This document shows positions 47,211 through 56,947 of a DNA stretch of 64,000 bases, one piece after another. A model generated the notes under the pieces. The model made no database searches. It was given only the letters and a program-made list of their open reading frames with translations, and was not told the origin of the DNA. The translations under genes were made by a program, and so were the position numbers. Where the stretch lies: the IMG/VR virus record IMGVR_UViG_3300030329_006012, positions 126,226-190,225 of that record. One strand, 5' to 3'. Numbering within the stretch: the first letter of the stretch is position 1; every line of letters starts with the position of its first letter. This DNA is from a virus.

Positions 47211-48428
47211 CTAGTTTATATGACTCACACGAGTGAACATTTGTGCCTTCCCCGTCGACTTCGAAAAATCTTCTTCTTCATCCAATTTTAAAACCTGACT
47301 TTGGTTGACCATGTGATGCATGTTCTCGTCTCTATATTCTCCGATAGTTATCTGAGGATAGAAATCTAGGTCATCAAAAAGGGGTCCGCTATTGGGCCCA
47401 AAGCCATAGGAATTGATTTCCCTAACTTCTCGAACGACCTTCAGGCGATCTCCTTGTACGGCACTGGGGGCTACTGCAGTTAAGTTCCCCACCCCGTAGA
47501 TAAGTAAGATTTTAAGATCTGGATCTTTTCTTTTTGCACCTATCGCGTTAGCAACACAGTCCTTTGTCACTTGTCGGATGCTCGTGGCGAGAAGTATTCT
47601 CCATCTATCGCCATTAAAGACGTGGATCTCGCCCATAGTATCTTTATTGGGCTTTTCACCCCCCGATTTCCAGCCAATCGCATTGTTGCCTGTTTTGGCT
47701 AATGCGAACATAGAATCTTTATCACATGGCTTGCTCAACTTCCCTCCAGATCGAGATTGAAGGCCCTTCTTTAACTCTCTCTCGATACGGTCCCGGCGCC
47801 ACGCGCATTGGGGAAGTTGTGTCTTATACACATTCGCACAACTGGCAGCCCACTTGTTAATAGACTCCTGCGTGGATAAGTCTGGCCGTGGAATTGGCAC
47901 CTGCTCTCCGCCGATAACGCCGGCGGGTAACGAAGAAAAATATTTATCCTCCGAAACTAACAGCTGAATGTTTCTCTTCCTTGTTGAATCATCATGAGCC
48001 AGTCCGTCAATTGGGTGATCGTTGGAAATCTCTTTCTCCATTCGTTCGGCAAACCGTGGAGTATTGGTACTCTTCCATGTTGAAACAAAAATGCGCGTTA
48101 CACCCAGATTTCCAAGGGCCCCCTTTCGATGTCGACCATCATCGTTTCTGTAACCCTCGACAACATTCCCTACTTTTATTTCAGACACACAAATAGGAAC
48201 CTCGTTTATGGGCTCCCCAAGCGAGCTCGTCCTTCCAGAGTCCAATATTAAGACCTCTAAATTATTAACGTGATCTTTATACTGAGACTTTGTTCTTATC
48301 TGAGTCTCTTCGTCATTGTTCATTGTTGTTAGGATTTGGTTAAGTGGTACTTCGAAAAAATAATCACTTAAATTTGCTCCCTTTTTCTTGAGATCGGAGC
48401 AGATCTTTTTATATTCTTTTCTGTTCAT
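47211..48428 (-). CDS. ParB/Srx-like N-terminal domain protein
   Basis: VPICV...YRNDDGRHRKGALGNLG; start MNRKEY chosen because the longer ORF overlaps the promoter. Confidence 0.55.
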   Translation of the reverse strand: MNRKEYKKICSDLKKKGANLSDYFFEVPLNQILTTMNNDEETQIRTKSQYKDHVNNLEVLILDSGRTSSLGEPINEVPICVSEIKVGNVVEGYRNDDGRHRKGALGNLGVTRIFVSTWKSTNTPRFAERMEKEISNDHPIDGLAHDDSTRKRNIQLLVSEDKYFSSLPAGVIGGEQVPIPRPDLSTQESINKWAASCANVYKTQLPQCAWRRDRIERELKKGLQSRSGGKLSKPCDKDSMFALAKTGNNAIGWKSGGEKPNKDTMGEIHVFNGDRWRILLATSIRQVTKDCVANAIGAKRKDPDLKILLIYGVGNLTAVAPSAVQGDRLKVVREVREINSYGFGPNSGPLFDDLDFYPQITIGEYRDENMHHMVNQSQVLKLDEEEDFSKSTGKAQMFTRVSHIN

Positions 48429-48514
48429 CTTGTGAACCTTTCTGGCCAATGGTGGCCTGTTGATTCGGTTAGCTTTCGTACAACGAAAATTCACCTCGCA
48501 AAGCGCGTGATCCC

Positions 48515-48543
48515 ATTGTATCACTATTCCTAAAGGTTGTTAA
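48515..48543 (-). promoter_or_regulatory. Sigma70-type promoter for the ParB-like gene
   Basis: Minus strand TTAACA-17-TACAAT with TG extension. Confidence 0.65.
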
Positions 48544-48693
48544 GTGGAAAAGTAAGCTTTTTTGTAAAAAAATATCAAATAATTTAAAAAGCCTTTAAAA
48601 ACAGCTAGTTAGGTGATATGCCCAATTTGCCTGCAAAAAGTACTTTACAAACCCTGAGAATTGTAGCATAATAATTATACTCACCTAAGCAAT

Positions 48694-48760
48694 TAAGCAG
48701 ATCTGCTTATTGGCTAATATGCTTATTAATAATATTATATAAATATAATATATTATTAAT
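48694..48760. repeat. 16-bp palindrome plus AT-only inverted repeat
   Basis: TAAGCAGATCTGCTTA (48694-48709); ATTAATAATAT/ATATTATTAAT (48725-48735, 48750-48760). Confidence 0.85.
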
Positions 48761-48785
48761 ATCTAATACTAACAGAGAATATATT

Positions 48786-49163
48786 ATGAAAGAAACCTGG
48801 AAGAATAAAAAGTATTTTCAAGGAACTAATAAAAACTACTCAGTATCTAAAGTTCTTAGAGAAAAGAAAAAAGTTACAGATGAGTTTGAAGCTATATTTA
48901 ATTCTTTAAGTTTAGAAGAAGTTATTTCACTAAAGCTTGAATTAGCTGCTAAGTCTGCAGGATCAAAGATGTATGGTATTCCTATTTATAAATACCTTGA
49001 CTTAATTGTGAAAGATGCTATTATTAAATACGCCCTCAGTGCCTGTCATTCAAAAGCTGAAGCTCAGAATTTTCTTGGCCTCTCTAGTAAAGATTGGATG
49101 GAGCTCTTAAAAGGATTCAATCCTGACCCCTACTTTGATGAAGAAAAATTAGATAATTCATAA
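48786..49163 (+). CDS. Fis-family-like HTH protein
   Basis: KDAIIKYALSACHSKAEAQNFLGLS resembles the Fis/HTH_8 pattern I..AL....N...AA..LGIS. Confidence 0.55.
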   Translation: MKETWKNKKYFQGTNKNYSVSKVLREKKKVTDEFEAIFNSLSLEEVISLKLELAAKSAGSKMYGIPIYKYLDLIVKDAIIKYALSACHSKAEAQNFLGLSSKDWMELLKGFNPDPYFDEEKLDNS

Positions 49164-49202
49164 ACTTTAAGCATACTTATATATGATGGATAGGAGAATG
49201 CA

Positions 49203-51557
49203 TTGTTCGGAAGTAAAAGTTCTAAAAAAGCAATAATACCGATTTTAACTTTAAAGAATACTGTATTTTTCCCAAATACCGTAGTTCCGTTATTGGTAGG
49301 TAGAGAAAAGTCTCTAAAGCTGATCGACGACGTTATTAGGACAGGGACTGTGTTAGGGGTCATAGCCCAAAAGAGCGCCGAAACAGAAAACCCAGAAATA
49401 GAAGATCTGTATGGTGTCGGCACTTTAGCCAAGATTGTTAAATTCTCTAAAAATTCTGAAGGATATTATAATATAATCATCGAAGGCTTATCAAGATTCG
49501 AGATAGAGGAGTTTAGAAATACTGAACCATACTTTACAGCAGAAATAAAAGAGCTTCCAGACACAGCTTCTTCAGAGCTCTCGGCCCATGAACTGCCAAT
49601 TCTTTTTGAAACCCTCAGAGAAACGGCCTATGATATCTGCATGTCTTTGCCAGAACTCCCAACCAGTGTACGGGGATTTATAGAGACGGTGAACGAGCCA
49701 GGAATGTTAGCAGATATTGTTGCCAGCAACCTTGGCCAAGATACCAAAGAAAAGCAATCAATATTGGAGACAATAGATGTCGCTGATCGGATGATGAGAG
49801 CGTTGGAGCTATTAGGCCGAAAGCACGAAATGCTCACACTTTCAGATAAAATAAATAACTCGGTCAAAGAAGAAATTTCCAAAAATCAAAAAGAGTATTA
49901 TCTTAGGCAACAGTTAAAAGCCATCAATAGCGAACTTGGCGAAACAGCCGAAGAGAACGAAGATCTTAATAACTTAAAAGAAAAGATGAAAACAATTGAT
50001 CTACCAGAAGATGTTGTAAAGACCGTTACTAAAGAAATTAAGAAGATGCGAAATATGCAGCCAAGTCAGGCAGAATATAATGTGGCTTTAAACTATGTCG
50101 ACGCTCTCCTTGAATTTCCTTGGGATACCAAAACAAGAGACAGTCTAGACATAGAGAATGTTCAGAAACAATTGGACGCAGATCATCATGGCCTTGAAAA
50201 AGTGAAGGAAAGAATTGTAGAATATTTAGCAGTTCGAAAATTAAAAGACAATATGGCCGGCCCAATCCTTTGCTTGCTGGGCCCACCAGGAGTTGGAAAA
50301 ACATCTCTTGGGAAATCAATTGCTCATGCCCTTGGCAGGAAGCTGGAGAGAATCTCATTAGGAGGGGTATCCGACGAGTCAGAGATCCGAGGCCATCGCC
50401 GAACCTACATCGGCGCCATGCCAGGAAAGATTGTCAAATCATTTACGAAATTACAAGTTAATAATCCCCTTATTTTACTCGACGAGATCGATAAAATGAG
50501 TAAAGACCACAAAGGAGATCCAGCTTCGGCAATGCTTGAAGTATTGGACCCAGAACAAAACAATAGTTTTATGGATCACTATTTTGATGTTCCTGTCGAT
50601 TTATCGGACACGCTATTTATTGCCACCGCTAACGACATAAGTACAATTCCTGGCCCACTAAGAGACCGCATGGAAGTCATAGAACTTTCGGGCTATACTT
50701 ATGATGAGAAAGAAAATATTGCTAAAAAACATCTTATTCCAAAGCAGGTAAAGAAAAACGGGATTACAGAAAATAATATCATTTTTAGAGACAAGGCCCT
50801 TACAAAGTTGATTCTTCAATATACTCGTGAAGCCGGCGTTCGGAGCCTAGAGAGGGAAATCGCCAAGGTGTGTCGCCAAGTCGCTGCAGAAGTAGCGAAG
50901 GGAGAGGAAAAGCCTGAAAATATAATTAAGATTATCAACAAAAAGAACTTGGAAGACTTCTCAGGGCCCACAAAGTTCGACATAGAGGCCGACATGCGAG
51001 CCCGTAATCCTGGCGTCGCAACCGGCTTAGCGTGGACAGCCGCCGGAGGAGATGTCCTCTACATAGAGGCAACTAAGATGGCTGGCAAGGGAAATTTATT
51101 GTTGACAGGGAAGATCGGGGATGTCATGTCCGAATCTGCCAAGACAGCCTTGAGTCTGATTAGGAGCAAGGCTAAGAAGCTGGGGATCGTAAAAGACGAG
51201 AAAGATAAGTTTTTAGAGGATGTAGACTTGCACATCCACTTCCCTGCAGGAGCAGTGCCAAAAGACGGCCCATCAGCCGGTATAACTATCAGCACAGCCC
51301 TTGTCTCTCTCTTGACGGACAGGAAAATTAGGATTGACACTGCAATGACAGGAGAAACAAGCCTCAGAGGATTGGTGCTTCCCGTCGGCGGCATTAAGGA
51401 AAAAGTAATAGCAGCCCACAGGCTTGGTATTAAAAGAATTATTCTTCCTCCGAAAAATGAGAAGGATATGAAAGACATCCCAGAGAATATCAAAGAAGAA
51501 GTAGACTTCTTTTTTCCAGAGACTGTGGAAGAGGTTTTTGAATTGGCTCTAGAATAA
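49203..51557 (+). CDS. lon: Lon ATP-dependent protease
   Basis: LON N-domain, GPPGVGKT, LLDEIDK, PKDGPSAG catalytic Ser, PVGGIKEK. Confidence 0.97.
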   Translation: MFGSKSSKKAIIPILTLKNTVFFPNTVVPLLVGREKSLKLIDDVIRTGTVLGVIAQKSAETENPEIEDLYGVGTLAKIVKFSKNSEGYYNIIIEGLSRFEIEEFRNTEPYFTAEIKELPDTASSELSAHELPILFETLRETAYDICMSLPELPTSVRGFIETVNEPGMLADIVASNLGQDTKEKQSILETIDVADRMMRALELLGRKHEMLTLSDKINNSVKEEISKNQKEYYLRQQLKAINSELGETAEENEDLNNLKEKMKTIDLPEDVVKTVTKEIKKMRNMQPSQAEYNVALNYVDALLEFPWDTKTRDSLDIENVQKQLDADHHGLEKVKERIVEYLAVRKLKDNMAGPILCLLGPPGVGKTSLGKSIAHALGRKLERISLGGVSDESEIRGHRRTYIGAMPGKIVKSFTKLQVNNPLILLDEIDKMSKDHKGDPASAMLEVLDPEQNNSFMDHYFDVPVDLSDTLFIATANDISTIPGPLRDRMEVIELSGYTYDEKENIAKKHLIPKQVKKNGITENNIIFRDKALTKLILQYTREAGVRSLEREIAKVCRQVAAEVAKGEEKPENIIKIINKKNLEDFSGPTKFDIEADMRARNPGVATGLAWTAAGGDVLYIEATKMAGKGNLLLTGKIGDVMSESAKTALSLIRSKAKKLGIVKDEKDKFLEDVDLHIHFPAGAVPKDGPSAGITISTALVSLLTDRKIRIDTAMTGETSLRGLVLPVGGIKEKVIAAHRLGIKRIILPPKNEKDMKDIPENIKEEVDFFFPETVEEVFELALE

Positions 51558-51614
51558 ATGAAAGAGATAGTCAATATTAATAAACTTTCGTAAAAAAAGT
51601 AACTACTTAATTAC

Positions 51615-54149
51615 ATGAAAAGAAAGCACTATTTCCACATCTTCGGGCCTGACATCATAGAAAACGAAGACGGTGAACTGGTTCTTATAGAAATGAACCA
51701 CAATTGCTTTTTTCTAACTCCTTATGAATATTTTGAAGGAGTCAGGAATAATGTGAGCAGAGAGGCTCATTCTAGTTATTTTTCCAAAAAGGGCGCCCTC
51801 TCAATAATAAAACATGCACAAGAGAATAATTTAAAAAAAGTGGTAGTGTTTTGCAAAAAAAGACACTTTGCTACTAATGTTTACGATGACCTTTTAGAAA
51901 TCAAAGAAATTCTTGCAAAAGAGGACATATCCTTTAGTGCAATTGGTGTGGATCCGCTAGAAGAAGTTCTTAGTGGGGAGATCGAATTTTCCCAATACAA
52001 AGAGAGCCAAAGGCTCATCAAGAGCATGAACGATGATGATACACTTTATATTTCCAATACCCCAATTGAAGGAGAGTTTGAGGATCTATGGAATACCCCG
52101 TATAACAAAGGTCAATTTGACAAGTTTTTAAGAAAAGAAGGTGCAATCAGAGTACCCTCCGCAACACCGCACTCGTTTGACGAAGCGTCAGAATATCCAA
52201 ACTGCGTAATTAAGCCAGTCAACGAAGGGCAGGGTGACGGAGTAACTTTTTACAAATCCCCAGAGACGCCACTACTTTTGAAAAACGAAACCATGCAAGG
52301 GTACGAAGTGCCAAAAAAAGCAGAGCACCTTTACACCTATGCAAGCGGATCAGTCACCCCGGTCAGCGGCTTTGATACCAATCGAGCCACCGACATTCGC
52401 TCTAAGCTTGCTGTAGCTCCTGATGGAAGATGTTTTCCTCTCTTTACCTATAGGAAGTTTTCGCCCCACACGTTGCCACCAACTCTACCGAACGGCCACG
52501 TCCAACCGGAAGCTTTTTTAACAAACATATCTAAAGGAGGCTTCTATGGTTTTTGTAGTGAAGAGGAGGACAAGAAATTTTCAGAATTTGGCAAAAAGGC
52601 CGCATCCCTGTACTGCCAGTTTTTGAGAGAGTCTGATACTCCAAAACACATCTTGTGGACAGGTGGATATGATTCTACTTTTTATTTATTTTCGCAGGCC
52701 CTTAAAGGAGTGGTAAAGCCGATATATCTGTCCTCCATCGATGCAAGGGAGTCAGAGATCAGGGAGATCATTGCGATGATAAGGCTGAGCCGCCTGTTTA
52801 AAAAAACATTCCCGGATTATGCCGAAAATATGTTAGATTTTGATATTGTAACATCAATAGAGGAGGACGCCGAAGTTGAATTCAAGTGCACCCGCATTGG
52901 CTACGGAACATCGTTTTCCAAAAGAATGGGGGTACAAAATTCGAGAATAGCTCATTTTGCAAAGTCCCACAGTCACCCGCTGTATATGTGTGTGGAGAAC
53001 GAACACACCTCAAGAATGAGGAAACTGATAATTGAGTATGTTTCGCCAACGGAAGAAGGCTTTGTAATAAAGCAGCGGGAAGATTTTGATGAGATGGGGA
53101 AAACTCTTGATATATTTGAGAACATTATTTTCCCAATATTACATTTAACAAAAGAAGACATGCTCCGCATATCTCATAGGCTTGGCTTCCTCGACTTGAT
53201 GAGGGAAACATGGACGTGCTGGTTCCCTCGAAAGGGTAGCCCGTGTGGAGAGTGTGTGATGTGCCACGAAAGAATTTTGAAGCCGAAACAGAAGGTTGAC
53301 AAATCACGACAACCTGTAGTGGTTAGTTATTTCACGAGAAACGGAGACTATCCAGAATTCGCAGAAAACCTCAAGAAACAACTTCGTGCTGCCGGCATTG
53401 ATTACGAGATCCCGCTTCTTGTCCCCGCTCACGACAGAAGAACCACAATAAACCTAAGATGGAAGCTACTCAATGAGGCTATGGAGAAGTACAATAGACC
53501 ACTTGTTTGGCTTGACATCGACAGTGACGTGGCCAAAGGGGACCAATTTATAAGATTCTACGAGAATTGTGCAGATAATTTTGATTTTGTGGCAAGAGAT
53601 AAAATCCATATGCCCCATATGTTTTTCCGAAACGATTCAGAGCTAAGAGAGTTTTCAGGATGGTCTGTTCCGATTGACAACAGGTGGTCAGGAACTCAAC
53701 AATTTTACAATAACACCGCAGCCGGAAAAGAGATTTTGAAAAAGTGTCTTTCAATTCACGAATACGAGAAAAATCAAAATTGTTATGATGAACAGGTAAT
53801 CACCCTAGCTCTCAGAAAGGTGCGCCAAAAATATACCGCACTAGGGTTGCGATGTGCAGTCACAACACTACCGCCAGAATTCATTGTCTGCCGCTCGTGG
53901 ATGAAGAACGAACTGGAACACAAGGAACTTAAAAAACAAAAGATGGATTACGATAATCCTGCTGCAGTGGTAAAGTATATAAAGATAAACACTGCTGATG
54001 AAGATCGTGGATTGGGAATAGAGGAGGAGTACTATCATGCACCTTTTGTATTCGACCCCGAAGATGATTATGAAGCATCCTATATAGAAAAGAAACAGGG
54101 CCTTGCAGAGAACGAGGCAAGGCGCCTAAGTCGGGAGAACAAAAAATGA
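51615..54149 (+). CDS. Three-domain enzyme: circularly permuted ATP-grasp + QueC-like PP-loop + GT-A glycosyltransferase
   Basis: N-terminal GPD...LIEMN, IKPVNEGQGDGV, DIR, NISKGG; WTGGYDS...TWTCW...CGECVMC.ER; VWLDIDS DxD. Confidence 0.7.
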   Translation: MKRKHYFHIFGPDIIENEDGELVLIEMNHNCFFLTPYEYFEGVRNNVSREAHSSYFSKKGALSIIKHAQENNLKKVVVFCKKRHFATNVYDDLLEIKEILAKEDISFSAIGVDPLEEVLSGEIEFSQYKESQRLIKSMNDDDTLYISNTPIEGEFEDLWNTPYNKGQFDKFLRKEGAIRVPSATPHSFDEASEYPNCVIKPVNEGQGDGVTFYKSPETPLLLKNETMQGYEVPKKAEHLYTYASGSVTPVSGFDTNRATDIRSKLAVAPDGRCFPLFTYRKFSPHTLPPTLPNGHVQPEAFLTNISKGGFYGFCSEEEDKKFSEFGKKAASLYCQFLRESDTPKHILWTGGYDSTFYLFSQALKGVVKPIYLSSIDARESEIREIIAMIRLSRLFKKTFPDYAENMLDFDIVTSIEEDAEVEFKCTRIGYGTSFSKRMGVQNSRIAHFAKSHSHPLYMCVENEHTSRMRKLIIEYVSPTEEGFVIKQREDFDEMGKTLDIFENIIFPILHLTKEDMLRISHRLGFLDLMRETWTCWFPRKGSPCGECVMCHERILKPKQKVDKSRQPVVVSYFTRNGDYPEFAENLKKQLRAAGIDYEIPLLVPAHDRRTTINLRWKLLNEAMEKYNRPLVWLDIDSDVAKGDQFIRFYENCADNFDFVARDKIHMPHMFFRNDSELREFSGWSVPIDNRWSGTQQFYNNTAAGKEILKKCLSIHEYEKNQNCYDEQVITLALRKVRQKYTALGLRCAVTTLPPEFIVCRSWMKNELEHKELKKQKMDYDNPAAVVKYIKINTADEDRGLGIEEEYYHAPFVFDPEDDYEASYIEKKQGLAENEARRLSRENKK

Positions 54150-54517
54150 AAGAAGTAAAAACATCCTTTAAAGAAAAGACCATCGCGATTGATTTCGATG
54201 GCGTTATTCACAGATATTCAAAAGGCTTCCAGGGCCTCGACAATGCTTACGATCCACCAATGCCAGGCGCTCTTGAGTCAATAAAGGAACTAAAAAAGCA
54301 TGGGTATAGGTTAATTATCGTATCAAGCCGTCCCGTACCTCCCATTTTGGAGTGGCTGGATAAATATGAAATGAGCGAGTATTTTGACGAGGTTACGAAT
54401 ATAAAGCAGCCAGCCAGATACTATATTGATGATCACGCAATAAGGTTTGAAAAGGATATTTCAACAAACTGGGAAGATACAATGACTTTTATAAAAAAGA
54501 AGGAGAATTTAAAATGA
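54146..54517 (+). CDS. HAD-family phosphatase
   Basis: IAIDFDGVI, IVSSR, YIDD. Confidence 0.85.
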   Translation: MKEVKTSFKEKTIAIDFDGVIHRYSKGFQGLDNAYDPPMPGALESIKELKKHGYRLIIVSSRPVPPILEWLDKYEMSEYFDEVTNIKQPARYYIDDHAIRFEKDISTNWEDTMTFIKKKENLK

Positions 54518-54906
54518 AAAGAGCAATGTTTATTGGCAGGTGGCAGCCGATGCATAACGGCCACAAATGGCTCATTGGCCAGAAATTAAATAAAGGGGTT
54601 CCGACTCTGATCTGCGTAAGGGACATCCCGCCAGATGAAAAGAACCCATTCACCACAGAGCAGACTGTAGAGATGTTGGAGAAAGCATACGAGGACGACG
54701 ATGTTGTGGTTATGGTGATACCTGACATTGAAAGCGTAAATTGGGGTCGTGGTGTAGGATATGAAACTAACGAACATAAGCCGCCTCAAGATATTGGCTT
54801 TATATCTGCAACTGACATTCGGAACAAAATATCCTCCGGAGACGACTCCTGGAAGGACAACGTGGACGAAAAGATTCACGATCTGGTGGAGAAATATTTG
54901 AAATGA
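54514..54906 (+). CDS. HIGH-family nucleotidyltransferase (putative minimal sulfate adenylyltransferase)
   Basis: FIGRWQPMHNGH, ISATDIR. Confidence 0.75.
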   Translation: MKRAMFIGRWQPMHNGHKWLIGQKLNKGVPTLICVRDIPPDEKNPFTTEQTVEMLEKAYEDDDVVVMVIPDIESVNWGRGVGYETNEHKPPQDIGFISATDIRNKISSGDDSWKDNVDEKIHDLVEKYLK

Positions 54907-55505
54907 AAAAGAAGAGACTTTTTAACCCCAAGAGAGGGATTAACGCTAGTGAGGAATATGGATGCGTTTTTATACACGTCCCAAAGGCAGCCGGAAACTC
55001 AGTAAAGTCTATTTTTAAGATTAAGTCACATGCTCACAGGCCAGTATCGGAGCACGAACCTGAACTACTAGAAGAGAATTATGTTTTTTCTTTTGTCAGA
55101 AATCCGTGGGATAGGTTTGTGAGTGCCTACTTCTTTCTACGTGGCGGCGGAATGGGATGGTATGATAAAGAGTCTAAGAAAAAATATATTGACAAGTTCT
55201 CATCATTTGATGATTTTGTTAAAAATTCAAACTATGATGATCTGATGAAGAATCAAATCCATTTTAGGCCACAATGTTATTATCTTGATGGGCCCGTGGA
55301 TTTTCTGGGAAGATATGAAGATCTTCAGTCTGGAATTGACACAATTTGCGATCAACTAGAAATTCCAAGACAGCAGTTGCCCCATAAAAATAAATCTAAC
55401 CACAAGGATTACACCAAATATTATAATGACGAAACAAGGAAAATTGTTGCTGAGAAATACGCTGACGATATCAAAGAGTTTGGATACAAGTTTGGAGGAG
55501 GCTGA
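54903..55505 (+). CDS. Sulfotransferase (family 2-like)
   Basis: FIHVPKAAGNS (5'-PSB), FVRNPWDRFVSAY (3'-PB). Confidence 0.9.
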   Translation: MKKKRLFNPKRGINASEEYGCVFIHVPKAAGNSVKSIFKIKSHAHRPVSEHEPELLEENYVFSFVRNPWDRFVSAYFFLRGGGMGWYDKESKKKYIDKFSSFDDFVKNSNYDDLMKNQIHFRPQCYYLDGPVDFLGRYEDLQSGIDTICDQLEIPRQQLPHKNKSNHKDYTKYYNDETRKIVAEKYADDIKEFGYKFGGG

Positions 55506-55507
55506 TT

Positions 55508-56182
55508 GTGAAAAAAATACTCTATGTTAGGATGCCAAGAACTGGCTCCACTTCCCTAGTGGAATATTGCAAGAGCACCAAGGATGCCAGAGCCCTTGGC
55601 GGCGGCCAGTGCGGGTTTTGGCTCCCCCAAAAATTGGGCCACAGCATCCACAAATCTACGAACGTCCACCCCAACTTAGTCGAGTGTTGTCGATTGAAAT
55701 TGGGAGACGAGAAGTTTTCTGAGTTTATCACGTTTTCTTCTGTGAGGAACCCATTCTCAAGGGCCGTGTCTTCTTGGAAACACTGGTCTTGGCAGAGACA
55801 CGGAAACAAGCTTAGTTTTGAACAGTTCTGTGAAAGGTTAAAAAATAAAGATTATCCATCCAAGGTCGCCGAGTGGCATGCCGTCTCTCCATCAGATCAC
55901 CTCTTCACCTCTAGCGGTGAAATGTTGGTTGACTATATTGTGAGGCTGGAGAATATACAGGAAGATTTTGAAAAGATTTTAGCAGTTGCCGGCCATCCCA
56001 AGAGGGAAGTCCAGCACAGAAATCAGTCGGCCAAGAGCTATTGGAGTACCAAAGAATTACGCAAAAATGAACATTATTCCACATACTATAACGACAACAC
56101 AAGGAAAATCATAGGCGAAGTTTATAAGAGGGATATTGAGAGGTTTGGGTATGAATTTGAAGAAGCACCGGAGGAAGAATAA
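55508..56182 (+). CDS. Sulfotransferase (family 2-like)
   Basis: MPRTGSTS, VRNPFSRAVSSW, IVRLENIQEDF. Confidence 0.88.
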   Translation: MKKILYVRMPRTGSTSLVEYCKSTKDARALGGGQCGFWLPQKLGHSIHKSTNVHPNLVECCRLKLGDEKFSEFITFSSVRNPFSRAVSSWKHWSWQRHGNKLSFEQFCERLKNKDYPSKVAEWHAVSPSDHLFTSSGEMLVDYIVRLENIQEDFEKILAVAGHPKREVQHRNQSAKSYWSTKELRKNEHYSTYYNDNTRKIIGEVYKRDIERFGYEFEEAPEEE

Positions 56183-56928
56183 TGACTATTAGCAAGATTG
56201 TATATATTAACCTAGAGCATCGCACAGACAGAAAGGAGATACAAGAGGAGCAACTGAAAGCCTCTGGTATCCCATATGAAAGGTTTGATGCAATTTGCCC
56301 AACCTACGAGCAACTCGTCCCAGAGGATGGTGAATATCATGAGTTCTTCAAAAGATCAGTCCCCAGAATAAGAGACTATATGCTTCGCGAAAACAAAGCT
56401 CGCGGACGTGGTGTCTTTGGTGTGTATCTATCTCACTATAAAATTTTACAACGTGCCCTTGAAGAAGGTTGGGGTGATTTTTTGATATTGGAGGATGACG
56501 CAGTTTTCGGCGAAGAAACAATATCGGATCTTGTGTCTGCAGCAAACAATGAAGAATATTCAGACTGGGATATAATACGGGATGTCTGGGTTGCCAAAAG
56601 AGATATGGAACTCGAAAAGCTGCAACTCTCTTCACGCAAAGCATCCACCGTATATCTCAATGGAAAAGCAAAGGGTCTCTTTAGACACAGAAACTCAGAT
56701 ATACAATCTAAGTTCTATTCTGGGCCCCCACCTAATATTGTACGATGGGGTGGCGCCCACTTTCAGCTTATCCGAGCAAAGAGTTTGAAGAAGATTTTAG
56801 ATTTTATGGATAAAGACCATGTATATAATATAGATTCGATATATTGCACCAATCAACTTAATGTATATTGGTCGAAATTTGGCCTAAGCGGATTTTTCGA
56901 GCTTGGCACTGATATTCCAAAAGATTGA
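56182..56928 (+). CDS. Glycosyltransferase family 25
   Basis: YINLEHRTDR, FDAI, LSHYKIL, LILEDDA. Confidence 0.85.
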   Translation: MTISKIVYINLEHRTDRKEIQEEQLKASGIPYERFDAICPTYEQLVPEDGEYHEFFKRSVPRIRDYMLRENKARGRGVFGVYLSHYKILQRALEEGWGDFLILEDDAVFGEETISDLVSAANNEEYSDWDIIRDVWVAKRDMELEKLQLSSRKASTVYLNGKAKGLFRHRNSDIQSKFYSGPPPNIVRWGGAHFQLIRAKSLKKILDFMDKDHVYNIDSIYCTNQLNVYWSKFGLSGFFELGTDIPKD

Positions 56929-56947
56929 CGACAGACTACTTAATGCC

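Noticed and set aside
48738-48745. T4 late promoter TATAAATA
   Set aside because: Occurs within an all-A/T tract where it is expected by chance; not found before the structural genes in the sense orientation
51615-54149. Complete 7-deazaguanine DNA-modification pathway
   Set aside because: Only a QueC-like domain is present; no folE, queD, queE or dpdA motifs in this window
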